64,000 nt of DNA from Bacteroidota bacterium (GTDB lineage: Bacteria > Bacteroidota > Bacteroidia > Chitinophagales > CAMDFR01): the NCBI GenBank assembly GCA_037130135.1, contig JBAXTO010000002.1, forward strand, positions 288,695 to 352,694, written 5' to 3'. Position numbers and translations under genes: made by a program. Positions 10,501 through 20,603 of the stretch are shown piece by piece (position 1 is the stretch's first letter; each line of letters opens with the position of its first letter). Under the pieces are notes generated by a model. That model saw only the letters and a program-made list of their open reading frames with translations, had not been told where the DNA came from and ran no database searches.

Positions 10501-13500
10501 TGCAACTGCAGGTATTGGTACACATACCATAAGATATTCTTATACAGATCCAGTTACTGGTTGTTTTAATATGGATTCACAAAGTGTTATAATTAATGAT
10601 AGACCAATTGTATCTATCTCTGGATTATTACCAAGATATTGCGTACATGCAACACCAGTAGTAATTACTGGTTCTCCTGCCGGTGGCGTATTTAGTGGAA
10701 TTGGAATGTCTGGTTCTACATTTAATCCTGCAACTGCAGGTATTGGTGGGCCTTATCTAATCACTTATTCATATACCTCTCCTACAACAGGATGTAGTAG
10801 AATTGATAGTGAATACGTAAGTGTATTACCTAGACCTATAGTTAGTTTTGGTGGATTGGCTACTCAATATTGTTTATATGATTCAGCAGCTTTACTTACA
10901 GGTATACCTGCAGGCGGTACATATAGTGGCACAGGAATTATCCCTACCAATCGCTTTTCTCCTAGCACTGCTGGTGTAAATCCTTCTATCAATATTTATT
11001 ATACTTATACAGACACGAATGGATGTATTAATTACGATACTAATACAACAAGAGTAAATGCTAGACCAATAGTAAGTTTTACAGGTTTAGCAACTCAATA
11101 TTGTTTTTATGCACCTAATGTTACATTAACTGGTAGTCCGTTGGGTGGTACATTTAGTGGTACAGGTATTAGTGGCACTACATTTAGTCCATCAACTGCT
11201 GGCATTGGAACTTATTATATTAAATATAGCTATACAGATCCGACTACAGGTTGTACTAATATAGATTCTCAACGGGTAGTAATTAATGATAGACCAGTTG
11301 TTAGTTTTTCTGGATTAGCTACAAGATATTGCTTAACATCACCAAATGCAACGTTAATTGGATCTCCAACTGGAGGCACATTTAGTGGTACAGGTATTAG
11401 TGGTACAACCTTTAGTCCAACTATAGCTGGTATAGGTGGACCTTATATGATTATTTATAATTACACATCACCAACTACAGGATGTAGTAATTCAGACACC
11501 CAATATGTTAGTGTAAATGTATTACCAGACCCTAGCTTTACAGGTTTAGCAAATCAATATTGTTTTTATTCACCAAATGTAACTTTAACAGGTATCCCTT
11601 CAGGTGGTACTTTTAGTGGAACAGGTATATCAGGAACTACATTCAGCCCTTCTACTGCAGGTATTGGTGGTCCCTATAGAATTATATATAGTTATACAGA
11701 TCCAGTTACTGGTTGTAGCGATAATGACACTCAATTTGTAACTGTTACCGGAAGACCAACTATTACAATTAGTGGATTAGCACGTAAATATTGTATTAAT
11801 TCAGCTCCTGCTACTATTACAGCTACTCCTTCAGGTGGTTGGTTTACGGGGGTAGGTTTATTTGGAAATACTTTTAATCCTGCTGTTGCTGGAGTTGGCG
11901 GACCTTATGACATAGTGTATTATGTAATTGATTCTGCAACGGGTTGTTTTAATAAAGATTCATTAACAACAAATGTATATGCATTACCAATTGCAAATTT
12001 TACAGGATTAAATCCTGCATATTGCTTGAATGCTCCACTTGCACCATTAACAGGAATTCCTGCTGGTGGAACGTTTAGTGGTACTGGAATTAGTGGTACT
12101 AACTTTAATGCAGCAACTGCAGGCGTTGGTGGCCCATATTCAATTACTTATTCATATACTGATACGAATGGATGCAGTGACGATACATTTAGAAATACTG
12201 TAGTAAATCCTTTACCTATAGCTAATGCCGGATTAGATGATACAATTTGTTATGGAAGTACTACTTCACTTACTGCCACTGGTGGATCAACTTATTTATG
12301 GTCTCCTGGAGGAGGAACTACTAGTAGTATTTTAGTTGCTCCATTAGCTAATACAACTTATACAGTTACTGTTACTGATATTAATAATTGTTCTGCTAGT
12401 GATAACGTAACTATTTCTGTTAAAATAATAACAAGTAATATGTCTCATACAAATGTAACTTGTTATAGAGCTAAAAATGGTACAGCTACAGTAACACCAA
12501 CTAACGGAATACCGCCATATTCATTTGTATGGAGTGATTCTCGTGCTCAAACTACTCAAACTGCCGACTCATTAGATATAGGAACATACTCTGTAACTAT
12601 TACAGATGGAGAAGGATGTACAGGTACTAAATCTGTAATAATTACTGAACCTACATTATATACTATTACTATAGTTCCTACTGACGTTAATTGCGGAGGT
12701 GATAGTACAGGTAAAGTTACTATTACATCTAGTGGTGGAACACCTCCATATACATACTCGTATAGTAAAGATGGTATAAGATTTTTTACAACACGTATTG
12801 CTACAAATTTAACAGTTGGTACCTATACAGGTTTTTCAGCAGATGCAAATGGATGTACTGTAAATATTGATTTCGTTATTAATGAACCTCAACCATTAGC
12901 TATTCAATATAATTTAAGCGAACCAAAATGCTATGGATATTCAGACGGAGCAATATTTGTATTAGCAACTGGAGCTACACCTCCATACACATTTACTATT
13001 AATCCTAATTCTAATTCTACTGGTTGGTTTACTAATTTACCAGCAGGATTACATCAATTAACTGTTACTGATAGTAATAATTGTGAGTTTATTTATCAAT
13101 TAACACTTGGTCAACCTGATCCAGTAGTTGTAGATATAAATCCTGATACTTTAATTTTAGAACTTGGTGAAAGTGGTCAATTCTTTACATCATTTACTGG
13201 TGCCCCGGCAGATAGTGTATCATTTGAATGGAATACTCCTTCTGGTTTAAACTGTACTGATTGTCCAAATCCAATTGTAAATCCTTATGTAGATAAAGTT
13301 TATACTGTAAAAGTATACGACATAAGTGATATATCAAATCCATACCCTTGTATGGGTGAAGCTATTGGTTACGTAATTGTATCTGATGGACAGCCAATAT
13401 ATATACCAAATGCTTTTACACCAAATGGTGATGGTGAAAATGATAAGTTCTATGTATATGGTAAAGATTTGAAAATAGTACATATGCAAATATTTGACAG

Positions 13501-13663
13501 ATGGGGTGAAATGTTATTTGAAACTTCTCGTCAAGATTATGGATGGGATGGTAGTTATAAAGGCATAATTCAAAATCCAGGCGTTTATATTTATAAAGTA
13601 GATGCTGAATATTTAAATGGTAAAAAAATAGCTCAAAGTGGCAGTGTTACTTTAATGAAATAA
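7529..13663 (+). CDS. giant T9SS-secreted cell-surface adhesin (Ig-like repeats, SprB-type repeats, type B gliding-motility C-terminal domain)
   Basis: 2044 aa. Signal peptide, 13 tandem ~76-aa units, then C.G..NG....T..GG.PPYT.. SprB-like repeats. The C-terminus reads IYIPNAFTPNGDGENDKFYVYG...FDRWGEMLF...WDG, a CHU_C/type B CTD. Confidence 0.85.
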   Translation: MRKSYFLLLFVICYQLTYAQIVGTNVYLQGTKTEVGISNCGSFGTAIPPAVPVGYHNNVTSRGLGFVADAGRNGWTTAGPGTLPNYCGDYFLPGSPVEGFGVQIGTTNFRNFNNSGICDFNQMPGSILCYQNTPQRKSATWRSTGLVSGAIRVSATTYVPDTALFFVTQVQLCNESGTTQRNVYYLRHLDPDNDQPWTGGSFTTDNTVVSQGSSTTPALVTARSVLQCYLGLGSESPNAKVSVGGFAPPLLSSDVYNGVSPYTTTVGYNSRADEAISLCFKFDSIRPGECICFGYAHVLNPSDLNRALALTSSAISFYSDSTDISDSLKINLCYGDSSKVKALSNCASSYIWNWVADPPGSIVGSTSYDSVRIAPQVNTIYTALGSGTCGVDTYRVIVTVDTLLKNSRITPIDSAICMGATSTITAIGGTSYSWSPGGATTSSVSVTPLSTTTYTVTITSPFRCRRIFSTRVLVDTIRANAGIDDSLCPGRSITLGGAPTTTGIGFPTTWTGYPPTASAYLSSTTASNPTLTIPSVGASGSIGYLVTSTRYGCIARDSVSIRILTAPPIDFTGLDSIYCISSAAELLTGTPAGGVFSGSGMIGSNFTPLIAGVGGPKKILYTYTFPNGCIGKDSAFTYVDSLPKVRFTGLASSYCVYDSAVILRPTPSGGIFSGTGIIGNTFNPSIAGPGTFNIRYAYTNPVSLCYDDTIISVTVYARPVVDIIGLDSLYCQYESPDTLVGSPSGGVFSGTGIIGSVFYPNLAGTSTIIQIIYTYTNPTTGCVNRDTGYTTVSNRPTTGIVGLSSNYCIYDPIDTLIGSPAGGTFSGPGITSNRFNPAAAGVGGPYRIIYYYINPVTGCSNADTQLIYVRPRPIVNFTGLASQYCFYDSTALLTGTPNGGTFSGTGIIPTNRFSPSTAGVSSSINIYYTYTDTFGCINYDTNTTRVNARPIISFSGLATQYCYYAPSVTLTGSPAGGTFSGTGITGTTFNPATAGIGTHTIRYSYTDPVTGCFNMDSQSVIINDRPIVSISGLLPRYCVHATPVVITGSPAGGVFSGIGMSGSTFNPATAGIGGPYLITYSYTSPTTGCSRIDSEYVSVLPRPIVSFGGLATQYCLYDSAALLTGIPAGGTYSGTGIIPTNRFSPSTAGVNPSINIYYTYTDTNGCINYDTNTTRVNARPIVSFTGLATQYCFYAPNVTLTGSPLGGTFSGTGISGTTFSPSTAGIGTYYIKYSYTDPTTGCTNIDSQRVVINDRPVVSFSGLATRYCLTSPNATLIGSPTGGTFSGTGISGTTFSPTIAGIGGPYMIIYNYTSPTTGCSNSDTQYVSVNVLPDPSFTGLANQYCFYSPNVTLTGIPSGGTFSGTGISGTTFSPSTAGIGGPYRIIYSYTDPVTGCSDNDTQFVTVTGRPTITISGLARKYCINSAPATITATPSGGWFTGVGLFGNTFNPAVAGVGGPYDIVYYVIDSATGCFNKDSLTTNVYALPIANFTGLNPAYCLNAPLAPLTGIPAGGTFSGTGISGTNFNAATAGVGGPYSITYSYTDTNGCSDDTFRNTVVNPLPIANAGLDDTICYGSTTSLTATGGSTYLWSPGGGTTSSILVAPLANTTYTVTVTDINNCSASDNVTISVKIITSNMSHTNVTCYRAKNGTATVTPTNGIPPYSFVWSDSRAQTTQTADSLDIGTYSVTITDGEGCTGTKSVIITEPTLYTITIVPTDVNCGGDSTGKVTITSSGGTPPYTYSYSKDGIRFFTTRIATNLTVGTYTGFSADANGCTVNIDFVINEPQPLAIQYNLSEPKCYGYSDGAIFVLATGATPPYTFTINPNSNSTGWFTNLPAGLHQLTVTDSNNCEFIYQLTLGQPDPVVVDINPDTLILELGESGQFFTSFTGAPADSVSFEWNTPSGLNCTDCPNPIVNPYVDKVYTVKVYDISDISNPYPCMGEAIGYVIVSDGQPIYIPNAFTPNGDGENDKFYVYGKDLKIVHMQIFDRWGEMLFETSRQDYGWDGSYKGIIQNPGVYIYKVDAEYLNGKKIAQSGSVTLMK
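9225..12215 (+). repeat. 13 tandem ~230-bp coding repeats inside the adhesin gene
   Basis: Each unit follows the pattern F(T/S)GL..YC......L.G.P.GG.FSG.GI....F.P..AG.GG...I.Y.YT....GC...D. Units 5-7 and 8-10 form a 690-bp higher-order duplication. Confidence 0.85.
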
Positions 13664-13676
13664 TCTATTTAACTTT

Positions 13677-13713
13677 ATCCCATTCAGTAAATTTACTGAA
13701 TGGGATTTTTTTA
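13677..13713 (+). terminator. rho-independent terminator of the adhesin gene
   Basis: Perfect inverted repeat atcccattcagtaaa/tttactgaatgggat followed by a T-run. Confidence 0.8.
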
Positions 13714-13728
13714 TTAAAAACAATTAGT

Positions 13729-14565
13729 ATGAAAACAATTAACGAAAAAATAGACGAATTAAAATCTGAAGGATATGACTTTTCAATATCCAACATCATT
13801 TCTGACAGTTTTGATTTATATAAATTACACCTAGGATTATTCGTAGGTTTTTTTGTAGTCTATTTTATTGGTGCTGCAATTGTGTCTGCCATAGCTGGTT
13901 TAATTCCTTATGGTATAGGTCGTATTGCTTTTCAAGTGGGTATAGCTCCTATGAGCTTGGGTGCATTTTATGTGCTACATAGAATTAAAAATAATAGAGA
14001 ATTTTCTTTTGAGAATTTTTTTGATGGATATAAAGATTTTACTAAAATCATCATCTATACATTGTTGAACTTCCTAATAATATTGCCAGTTTTAACTCCT
14101 GTAATAATATATATTATATATAAAGTATATCAAGGATTTGATTTTGTACGTGCTTTTTCAGACCCACAAACTATGCAAGAACTTATTATGAATGGGGAGT
14201 TTTTCAAAATGTATGCTTCCATTATTTTTTTAGCATTAGGAGCTTTATATGTTAGTTTTTGTTTTCAATTTGTAAGTTTCTTAGTATTGTTTTTAGAGGT
14301 TGATTATTCTAATGCTTTCAAATGGAGTTTCTCTATAGTAAACAAACGTATATTTAAATTATTTGCTTGTCATTTTGTGCTAGGTCTAATTGCTTTATCT
14401 GGAATAATATTATGTGGTATAGGCATCATTTTCACAATCCCTATCATCTATTTTGGTCAATATTTATTATTCTATCATATTTTTGATATTGGTAATCTTG
14501 ACCATCCAATGAGAGATAAAATACATGATTATTTAGAAGTCGATAAAGACCAAATGTTCCGCTAA
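13729..14565 (+). CDS. polytopic membrane protein of unknown function
   Basis: 278 aa with about 6 hydrophobic helices. No motif recognised. Confidence 0.5.
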   Translation: MKTINEKIDELKSEGYDFSISNIISDSFDLYKLHLGLFVGFFVVYFIGAAIVSAIAGLIPYGIGRIAFQVGIAPMSLGAFYVLHRIKNNREFSFENFFDGYKDFTKIIIYTLLNFLIILPVLTPVIIYIIYKVYQGFDFVRAFSDPQTMQELIMNGEFFKMYASIIFLALGALYVSFCFQFVSFLVLFLEVDYSNAFKWSFSIVNKRIFKLFACHFVLGLIALSGIILCGIGIIFTIPIIYFGQYLLFYHIFDIGNLDHPMRDKIHDYLEVDKDQMFR

Positions 14566-15551
14566 ACTAATTTGTATTTAATTAAATATTCTGCAATTTG
14601 TATTGCATTAGTAGCAGCTCCTTTGCGTAAATTATCAGAAACAATCCAGCAGTTTAATGTCTTCTCTTGAGATTCGTCTCTGCGAATTCTACCAACAAAT
14701 ACTGAATCACTTCCTGCAGCAAATAATGGCATAGGATAATGGTTGTTGCTTATATTGTCTTGTAAAACAACTCCATGAGTGTTTTCTAATATGTTTTTAA
14801 TATCATTAATGTCAAATTCTTTTTCGAATTCAATATTGACGCTTTCACTATGACCTGCTTTCACTGGAATACGAACCGCAGTAGCCGTAATTGCAATACT
14901 TGAATCACGCATAATTTTTCTAGTTTCATTTTTCATTTTCTCTTCTTCTTTGGTATAACCATTCTCTAAAAAAATATCTATTTGAGGAATTGCATTTAAA
15001 TCTATTGGATATTGATAAGCTCTTTCTCCCTCTAATTGTGATCTTTCGTTCATTAATTGATTAATAGCTTTTACTCCTGTTCCACTAACGCTTTGATACG
15101 TACTAATAACTAATCGTTTTATAGTATATTTTTTATGCAAAGGGTTTAGAACCATTACTAATTGTATAGTAGAACAATTTGGGTTCGCAATTATTTTATC
15201 ATCTTTAGTGAGTATGTCTGCATTAATTTCAGGAACAACTAATTTATGATCAGGATGCATTCTCCATGCCGAAGAATTATCAATAACCACACAACCAACT
15301 GCTGCATACTTTGGTGCCCATTCTAATGATGTATTACCACCTGCAGAAAAAAGGGCAATGCTTGGTTTTTTTGCAATAGCTTCAACATGAGAATGTATAA
15401 TATATTCTTTATCCTTATGCTTTTTTATTTGACCATGAGATTTTTCTGATGCAACTAAAATTAATTCGTCATACTGTACTCCTCTTTCTTCTAAAACTTG
15501 CAACATCATATTTCCAACCAATCCAGTAGCTCCAACTATTGCTATTATCAT
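14562..15551 (-). CDS. asd: aspartate-semialdehyde dehydrogenase
   Basis: MIIAIVGATGLVG Rossmann N-terminus, an active-site NPNCSTI segment, and the expected length of 329 aa. Confidence 0.9.
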   Translation of the reverse strand: MIIAIVGATGLVGNMMLQVLEERGVQYDELILVASEKSHGQIKKHKDKEYIIHSHVEAIAKKPSIALFSAGGNTSLEWAPKYAAVGCVVIDNSSAWRMHPDHKLVVPEINADILTKDDKIIANPNCSTIQLVMVLNPLHKKYTIKRLVISTYQSVSGTGVKAINQLMNERSQLEGERAYQYPIDLNAIPQIDIFLENGYTKEEEKMKNETRKIMRDSSIAITATAVRIPVKAGHSESVNIEFEKEFDINDIKNILENTHGVVLQDNISNNHYPMPLFAAGSDSVFVGRIRRDESQEKTLNCWIVSDNLRKGAATNAIQIAEYLIKYKLV

Positions 15552-15572
15552 TTTATATTTTTTTTATTAAAG

Positions 15573-15580
15573 CAAAATTA
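15573..15580 (-). promoter_or_regulatory. candidate Bacteroidota -7 box (TAATTTTG) for asd
   Basis: Perfect match to TAnnTTTG on the minus strand, about 22 nt upstream of the asd ATG. Confidence 0.35.
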
Positions 15581-15599
15581 TAATATGTAATTTAGTGTT

Positions 15600-18206
15600 A
15601 TGAGATTATTATACATTTTATTGATATTTCTACCATTTTTTTCAAATGCTCAGGTTTTTGATGATTTTTCTGATGGAGAATTATTAAGTAGCCCTACCTG
15701 GATTGGTGATATAGATAGCTTTAATGCAACTGGACTTAAATTAAATAGTGCAGGACCAGCTGCCTCATCTGTTATTCATGTAAGTACGGCTAATACTATG
15801 ATTGATAATACAGAGTGGCACTTTACTTTACAGCTTGATTTTAATCCAAGTAGCACCAATTTTGTAAAATTATTTTTAGTGAGTAATAACTCAGATTTAG
15901 AAAGTAGCTTAAATGGATATTATGTATACTTTGGAGAAACTGGAAATGATTCAATAATTATCTACAAACAGACAGGCTCTATTTCAACAAGGGTTTTTAA
16001 AGGTACTAGAACTCTAATGCCAGCAACATCTGTTAGTAATACAGTCGGCATTAAAATTACAAGAGATATAAGTGGGATTTGGAATGTATATACAGATAAT
16101 ACAGGAGGGACAGCCTATTTAAACGAAGGATCATTTACTGATTTAACATATACGAGTACTAATTTTTTTGGAATGGTTTGCGATTATAGTACAGCAAGTA
16201 GAAATACTTTATATCATTTAGATAACTTATACATTGGAAATATCATAGTAGATATAGATCCCCCATTAGTTGAAGATGCCTTTATTAATAATCTACAAAC
16301 TGTATCTATTTTATTTAATGAATATATCGATACAAATACTGCGATTTTTTCAAGCAATTACTCTATTACTCCCAGCTTATTAAATCCTGCTTTTGTTGAA
16401 ATTGACTCTATAAATAAACGATTAATTCATTTGAAATATGCTACTAATTTAATTCCAGGCATAGTTTATAATGCTAATATTTCAGGAGTAAGTGATATGG
16501 CTGGTAATATTATGAGTGCTGTTGCTAAATCACTATACTTACCTAATACGAATGACATCGTTATAAATGAAATATATGCTGACCCTGATAGTACTATCAC
16601 TTTACTACCTAATACAGAATTTATTGAGATTAAAAACACTTCCTCACAAATTATTTCATTAAATAATTGGCATTTTTATGATGCTTCTACAATTGGAGAC
16701 ATTGGTGCTATTTTTCAGCAAGTTCGTTTATTACCAAATGAATATGCAATTGTATGCGATTGGGATGATACGTTAAGATTTCAATCGTATGGAAAGACAA
16801 TAGGAATTAATAATTTTCCGTCTTTAAATAATACAGATGAGGAATTATTAATCAAAGATAATTTAAATAGGTCGATTAATTATGTAGCATATACTGATAA
16901 ATGGTATAAAGATGACGCAAAAAAATCGGGTGGTTATACATTAGAAAGAATTGATCCTTTAAAAGCATGTATAGGTGAAGAGAACTGGAGAGCATCTCTT
17001 GATAGTGTTGGAGGAACACCTGCTGCTCAGAATTCAGTTAATGGAATTGTTATAGATACTATTTTACCAAAGCTTTTAAGAGCAAGATATGTTGATTTAA
17101 GAACTATTGAATTACTATTTAATGAATCAATAAATGAAACAAGTGCTTTATTATTGAGTAATTATATTGTAGATAATGGTTTAGTTATATCATCTGTAGA
17201 ATTAAGTAACTATAATTCACAAATAGTAAAAATACACTTTACATCTGATTTAATAACAAGTACTATCTATTCGATTACCATATCAAATATTACAGATTGT
17301 AGTGGAAATTCATTAGGATTATTTAATCATGCATCTTTCGGAATTCCTCAAGCTATTGAAAATAATGATATTGTTATCAATGAAATATTATTTAATCCAA
17401 AAACACTTGGTTACGATTTTATTGAGTTGTATAATAGAAGTAATAAAATTTTAGATTTGAAAAATATTAAAATATTAGAACAAGATCCTAAAGACACATC
17501 TACATATAGCGATTTTTCAATTATAAGTACGGAATCATTCTTAATGATGCCAGGTGATTATGCAGTAATTACAGAAAACAGCAGTAATATAGAAGAGAAC
17601 TATTTTGTTGCAAATCCTGGAGCATTATTAACAGTTGCTGGGATGCCAAATTATCCTGATGATGAAGGAATCATTGAATTATATCAACCACTACTAATGA
17701 TTGATAAATTACATTATTCTCATAATTGGCATTATTCATTATTAGATATAGAAGATGGTGTTTCACTAGAACGTATCAGTTATGATGATGCTACTCAAAA
17801 AGAAAGTAATTGGCATAGCGCCTCTACTACAGTTGGATATGCAACACCTACCTATAAAAATTCACAATTTATTGCTAATGTCAATTCAGAAGAAGTTGTA
17901 AAAATTGAACCTGAAATATTCACACCAAATGAGGATGGTGAAAATGATATAACTACTATAAATTATACTTTTGACAAACCAGGCTATATGTTAAGTATAA
18001 AAATATTTGACAGTAATGGTAGACTAACACGCACATTAGTCAATAATGAAATGGTAAGCGACAAAGGTAGATATACTTGGGATGGAATAAGTGATTTAAA
18101 GGAAAAGGCTACTATTGGAATCTATATTATTTATTTGGATGTATTTGATGAGAATGGAAAAACTAAGCATTATAAAGCCAAAGTAGTTGTAGGAACTAAA
18201 TTTTAG
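15600..18206 (+). CDS. secreted protein with two lamin-tail domains (LTD) and a CTD-like C-terminus
   Basis: Signal peptide, then two NDIVINEI(Y/L)..P modules (about 16551-16960 and 17361-17785). The C-terminus reads FTPNEDGENDI...WDG...GIYIIYL. Confidence 0.65.
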   Translation: MRLLYILLIFLPFFSNAQVFDDFSDGELLSSPTWIGDIDSFNATGLKLNSAGPAASSVIHVSTANTMIDNTEWHFTLQLDFNPSSTNFVKLFLVSNNSDLESSLNGYYVYFGETGNDSIIIYKQTGSISTRVFKGTRTLMPATSVSNTVGIKITRDISGIWNVYTDNTGGTAYLNEGSFTDLTYTSTNFFGMVCDYSTASRNTLYHLDNLYIGNIIVDIDPPLVEDAFINNLQTVSILFNEYIDTNTAIFSSNYSITPSLLNPAFVEIDSINKRLIHLKYATNLIPGIVYNANISGVSDMAGNIMSAVAKSLYLPNTNDIVINEIYADPDSTITLLPNTEFIEIKNTSSQIISLNNWHFYDASTIGDIGAIFQQVRLLPNEYAIVCDWDDTLRFQSYGKTIGINNFPSLNNTDEELLIKDNLNRSINYVAYTDKWYKDDAKKSGGYTLERIDPLKACIGEENWRASLDSVGGTPAAQNSVNGIVIDTILPKLLRARYVDLRTIELLFNESINETSALLLSNYIVDNGLVISSVELSNYNSQIVKIHFTSDLITSTIYSITISNITDCSGNSLGLFNHASFGIPQAIENNDIVINEILFNPKTLGYDFIELYNRSNKILDLKNIKILEQDPKDTSTYSDFSIISTESFLMMPGDYAVITENSSNIEENYFVANPGALLTVAGMPNYPDDEGIIELYQPLLMIDKLHYSHNWHYSLLDIEDGVSLERISYDDATQKESNWHSASTTVGYATPTYKNSQFIANVNSEEVVKIEPEIFTPNEDGENDITTINYTFDKPGYMLSIKIFDSNGRLTRTLVNNEMVSDKGRYTWDGISDLKEKATIGIYIIYLDVFDENGKTKHYKAKVVVGTKF

Positions 18207-18425
18207 AATCTTAGACTAACTACTAACATTATTCTATCGCCTATTATTTATAATTTTAATTTGTCATGAAAATAATATTCTCATCTATTATATTATAAAA
18301 TATAAATTAATCATATTCGATTTGATAATTCCATTATTAGATTTTAAACTAATTAATTGATTTAATATTTACTTTATCAAAGCTACTAAATGCTGTATTT
18401 TTACATTTCAGTAAATCTATTCAAA

Positions 18426-19127
18426 ATGAAAAAACATAGCCTATTAATATTTTTTACATTATTATTATCGTATAGCCTTTTTTCACAAATTGAAAAAGGA
18501 AGTTCTATGATGGGTTTCAATCTAAATGGAAACTATTCCCAACACAAAAACAATACTGGATTTAAAACATTTTCATACTCTAGTGGATTTGGTATTAATC
18601 CAAATTTTGGATATTTTATTAGAAAAAACACTTGTATAGGAATTTCAACTGGATACAACTACACTAAACAATTTACTAATAATTACATAGTTAATAATCC
18701 TGCAATAGGAATTTTTGATACCGATTATGTTGCAAATAAAAATATTATGAATTCATTTAACATTGGATTGTTTTTTAGAAAATATTTTTTCTTAAACAAT
18801 CAATTTGCATTAGCAACTCATATATCTACAGGAGCAAACTATAGTATTATTAGAACAACAACTCAATCAGACTTATTCAATAAAACTATATACTCATATA
18901 ACATAGCTTTTAATGTAGGATTAAGTCCTACTATGATATACTTCCCTCATCCTCAATATGGAATTGAATTAAGTTATGGATATATCGGTTATAATTATAA
19001 TGCAACATACTTTAATCAAGAAAATATATCAAATGAAGACGGCTTCAAATTTAATTTTGGACCTAATACATTACAGTTAGGATTTCATTTCTATATGTTT
19101 AAAAAATCATCTACAATTAAAAAATAA
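18426..19127 (+). CDS. outer-membrane beta-barrel (porin-family) protein
   Basis: Start taken at [10 protein letters not shown] (signal peptide). Alternating beta-strand pattern rich in Y/F/G/N. Confidence 0.5.
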   Translation: MKKHSLLIFFTLLLSYSLFSQIEKGSSMMGFNLNGNYSQHKNNTGFKTFSYSSGFGINPNFGYFIRKNTCIGISTGYNYTKQFTNNYIVNNPAIGIFDTDYVANKNIMNSFNIGLFFRKYFFLNNQFALATHISTGANYSIIRTTTQSDLFNKTIYSYNIAFNVGLSPTMIYFPHPQYGIELSYGYIGYNYNATYFNQENISNEDGFKFNFGPNTLQLGFHFYMFKKSSTIKK

Positions 19128-19137
19128 AAAAACAATT

Positions 19138-20535
19138 ATGGAATTTAGAAAAGAAAAAGACACCATGGGGATCGTAGAAGTGCCTGCTCATGTATATTGG
19201 GGAGCACAAACCCAAAGATCTATTGAAAATTTTAAAATTGCTCAAGACACGAATAAAATGCCTCGAGAAATTATTGAAGCTTTTGCTTACTTAAAAAAGG
19301 CTGCCGCGATAACAAATTTCGAAGCTGGCGTATTGCCTGAAATTACTAAAAATTTAATAAGCCAAGTATGTGATGAAATATTGGAAGGTAAATTGAATGA
19401 CCAATTTCCTTTAGTAGTATGGCAAACTGGAAGTGGTACACAGAGCAATATGAATGTTAATGAAGTAGTAGCCTATAGAGCACATGTACTTCAGGGTGGA
19501 AGTTTATTAGATGAAAAAAAAGTGGTACATCCTAATGATGATGTAAACAAATCTCAAAGTAGTAACGATACTTTCCCAACGGCGATGCATATTGCTGCTT
19601 ATAAAATATTACGTGAAGTAACACTACCTGGTTTACATAAATTGAAAGATACACTTTCTTATAAATCTAAAGAATTTATGAAAGTTGTAAAAATTGGTAG
19701 AACCCATTTTATGGATGCTACTCCATTAACATTAGGTCAAGAAATAAGTGGTTATGTATCTCAATTAGAACATGGTATTAAAGCAATTGAAAATACCTTA
19801 GAGCATTTAAGTGAATTGGCATTAGGTGGTACAGCGGTAGGAACTGGAATTAATACTCCTGCTGGATATGATGTAAATGTAGCTAAAAATATTGCCGAAC
19901 TTACAGGTTACCCTTTTATTACTGCACATAACAAATTTGAAGCACTTGCGGCTCATGATGCTATAGTAGAAGCACATGGTGCATTAAAAACAGTAGGGGT
20001 ATCTTTAATGAAAATTGCCAATGATATTCGTATGTTAAGTAGTGGTCCTAGATGTGGCATTGGTGAAATATACATTCCAGATAATGAACCTGGTTCTTCT
20101 ATAATGCCTGGCAAAGTAAATCCTACGCAATGTGAAGCATTAACCATGATTGCTGCACAAGTATTAGGAAATGATGTAGCTATAAATATTGGAGGTGCTA
20201 CTGGACATTTTGAGTTAAATGTATTCAAACCTATGATGATTTATAATTTCCTTCATAGTGCGCGATTAATTGGAGAAGGTTGTATTTCTTTTAACGACAA
20301 ATGTGCCATTGGAATTGAGCCTTTACATGAGAATATCAAAACAAATTTGAACAACTCATTGATGTTAGTTACCTCACTAAACACTAAAATTGGCTATTAT
20401 AAAGCTGCTGAAATTGCTCAGACAGCGCATAAAGAAGGTAAAACACTTAAACAAACGGCAATTGATTTAGGATATGTAACTTCGGAAGAATTTGACGAAT
20501 GGGTAAAACCAGAAGATATGGTAGGTAAAATTTAA
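19138..20535 (+). CDS. fumC: class II fumarate hydratase
   Basis: [11 protein letters not shown] signature and 465 aa. The N-terminus EKDTMG...VP....YWGAQTQRS is typical. Confidence 0.95.
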   Translation: MEFRKEKDTMGIVEVPAHVYWGAQTQRSIENFKIAQDTNKMPREIIEAFAYLKKAAAITNFEAGVLPEITKNLISQVCDEILEGKLNDQFPLVVWQTGSGTQSNMNVNEVVAYRAHVLQGGSLLDEKKVVHPNDDVNKSQSSNDTFPTAMHIAAYKILREVTLPGLHKLKDTLSYKSKEFMKVVKIGRTHFMDATPLTLGQEISGYVSQLEHGIKAIENTLEHLSELALGGTAVGTGINTPAGYDVNVAKNIAELTGYPFITAHNKFEALAAHDAIVEAHGALKTVGVSLMKIANDIRMLSSGPRCGIGEIYIPDNEPGSSIMPGKVNPTQCEALTMIAAQVLGNDVAINIGGATGHFELNVFKPMMIYNFLHSARLIGEGCISFNDKCAIGIEPLHENIKTNLNNSLMLVTSLNTKIGYYKAAEIAQTAHKEGKTLKQTAIDLGYVTSEEFDEWVKPEDMVGKI

Positions 20536-20548
20536 TCACCAACTATAC

Positions 20549-20586
20549 AAAAAAAGCCTCTAATCAAATGATTAGAGGCTTTTTTT
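20549..20586. terminator. bidirectional rho-independent terminator (fumC and convergent DUF4476 gene)
   Basis: 11-bp stem agcctctaatc/gattagaggct with a 4-nt loop. An A-run lies upstream and a T-run downstream. Confidence 0.8.
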
Positions 20587-20603
20587 ATACGTATCCTAAT
20601 TAA

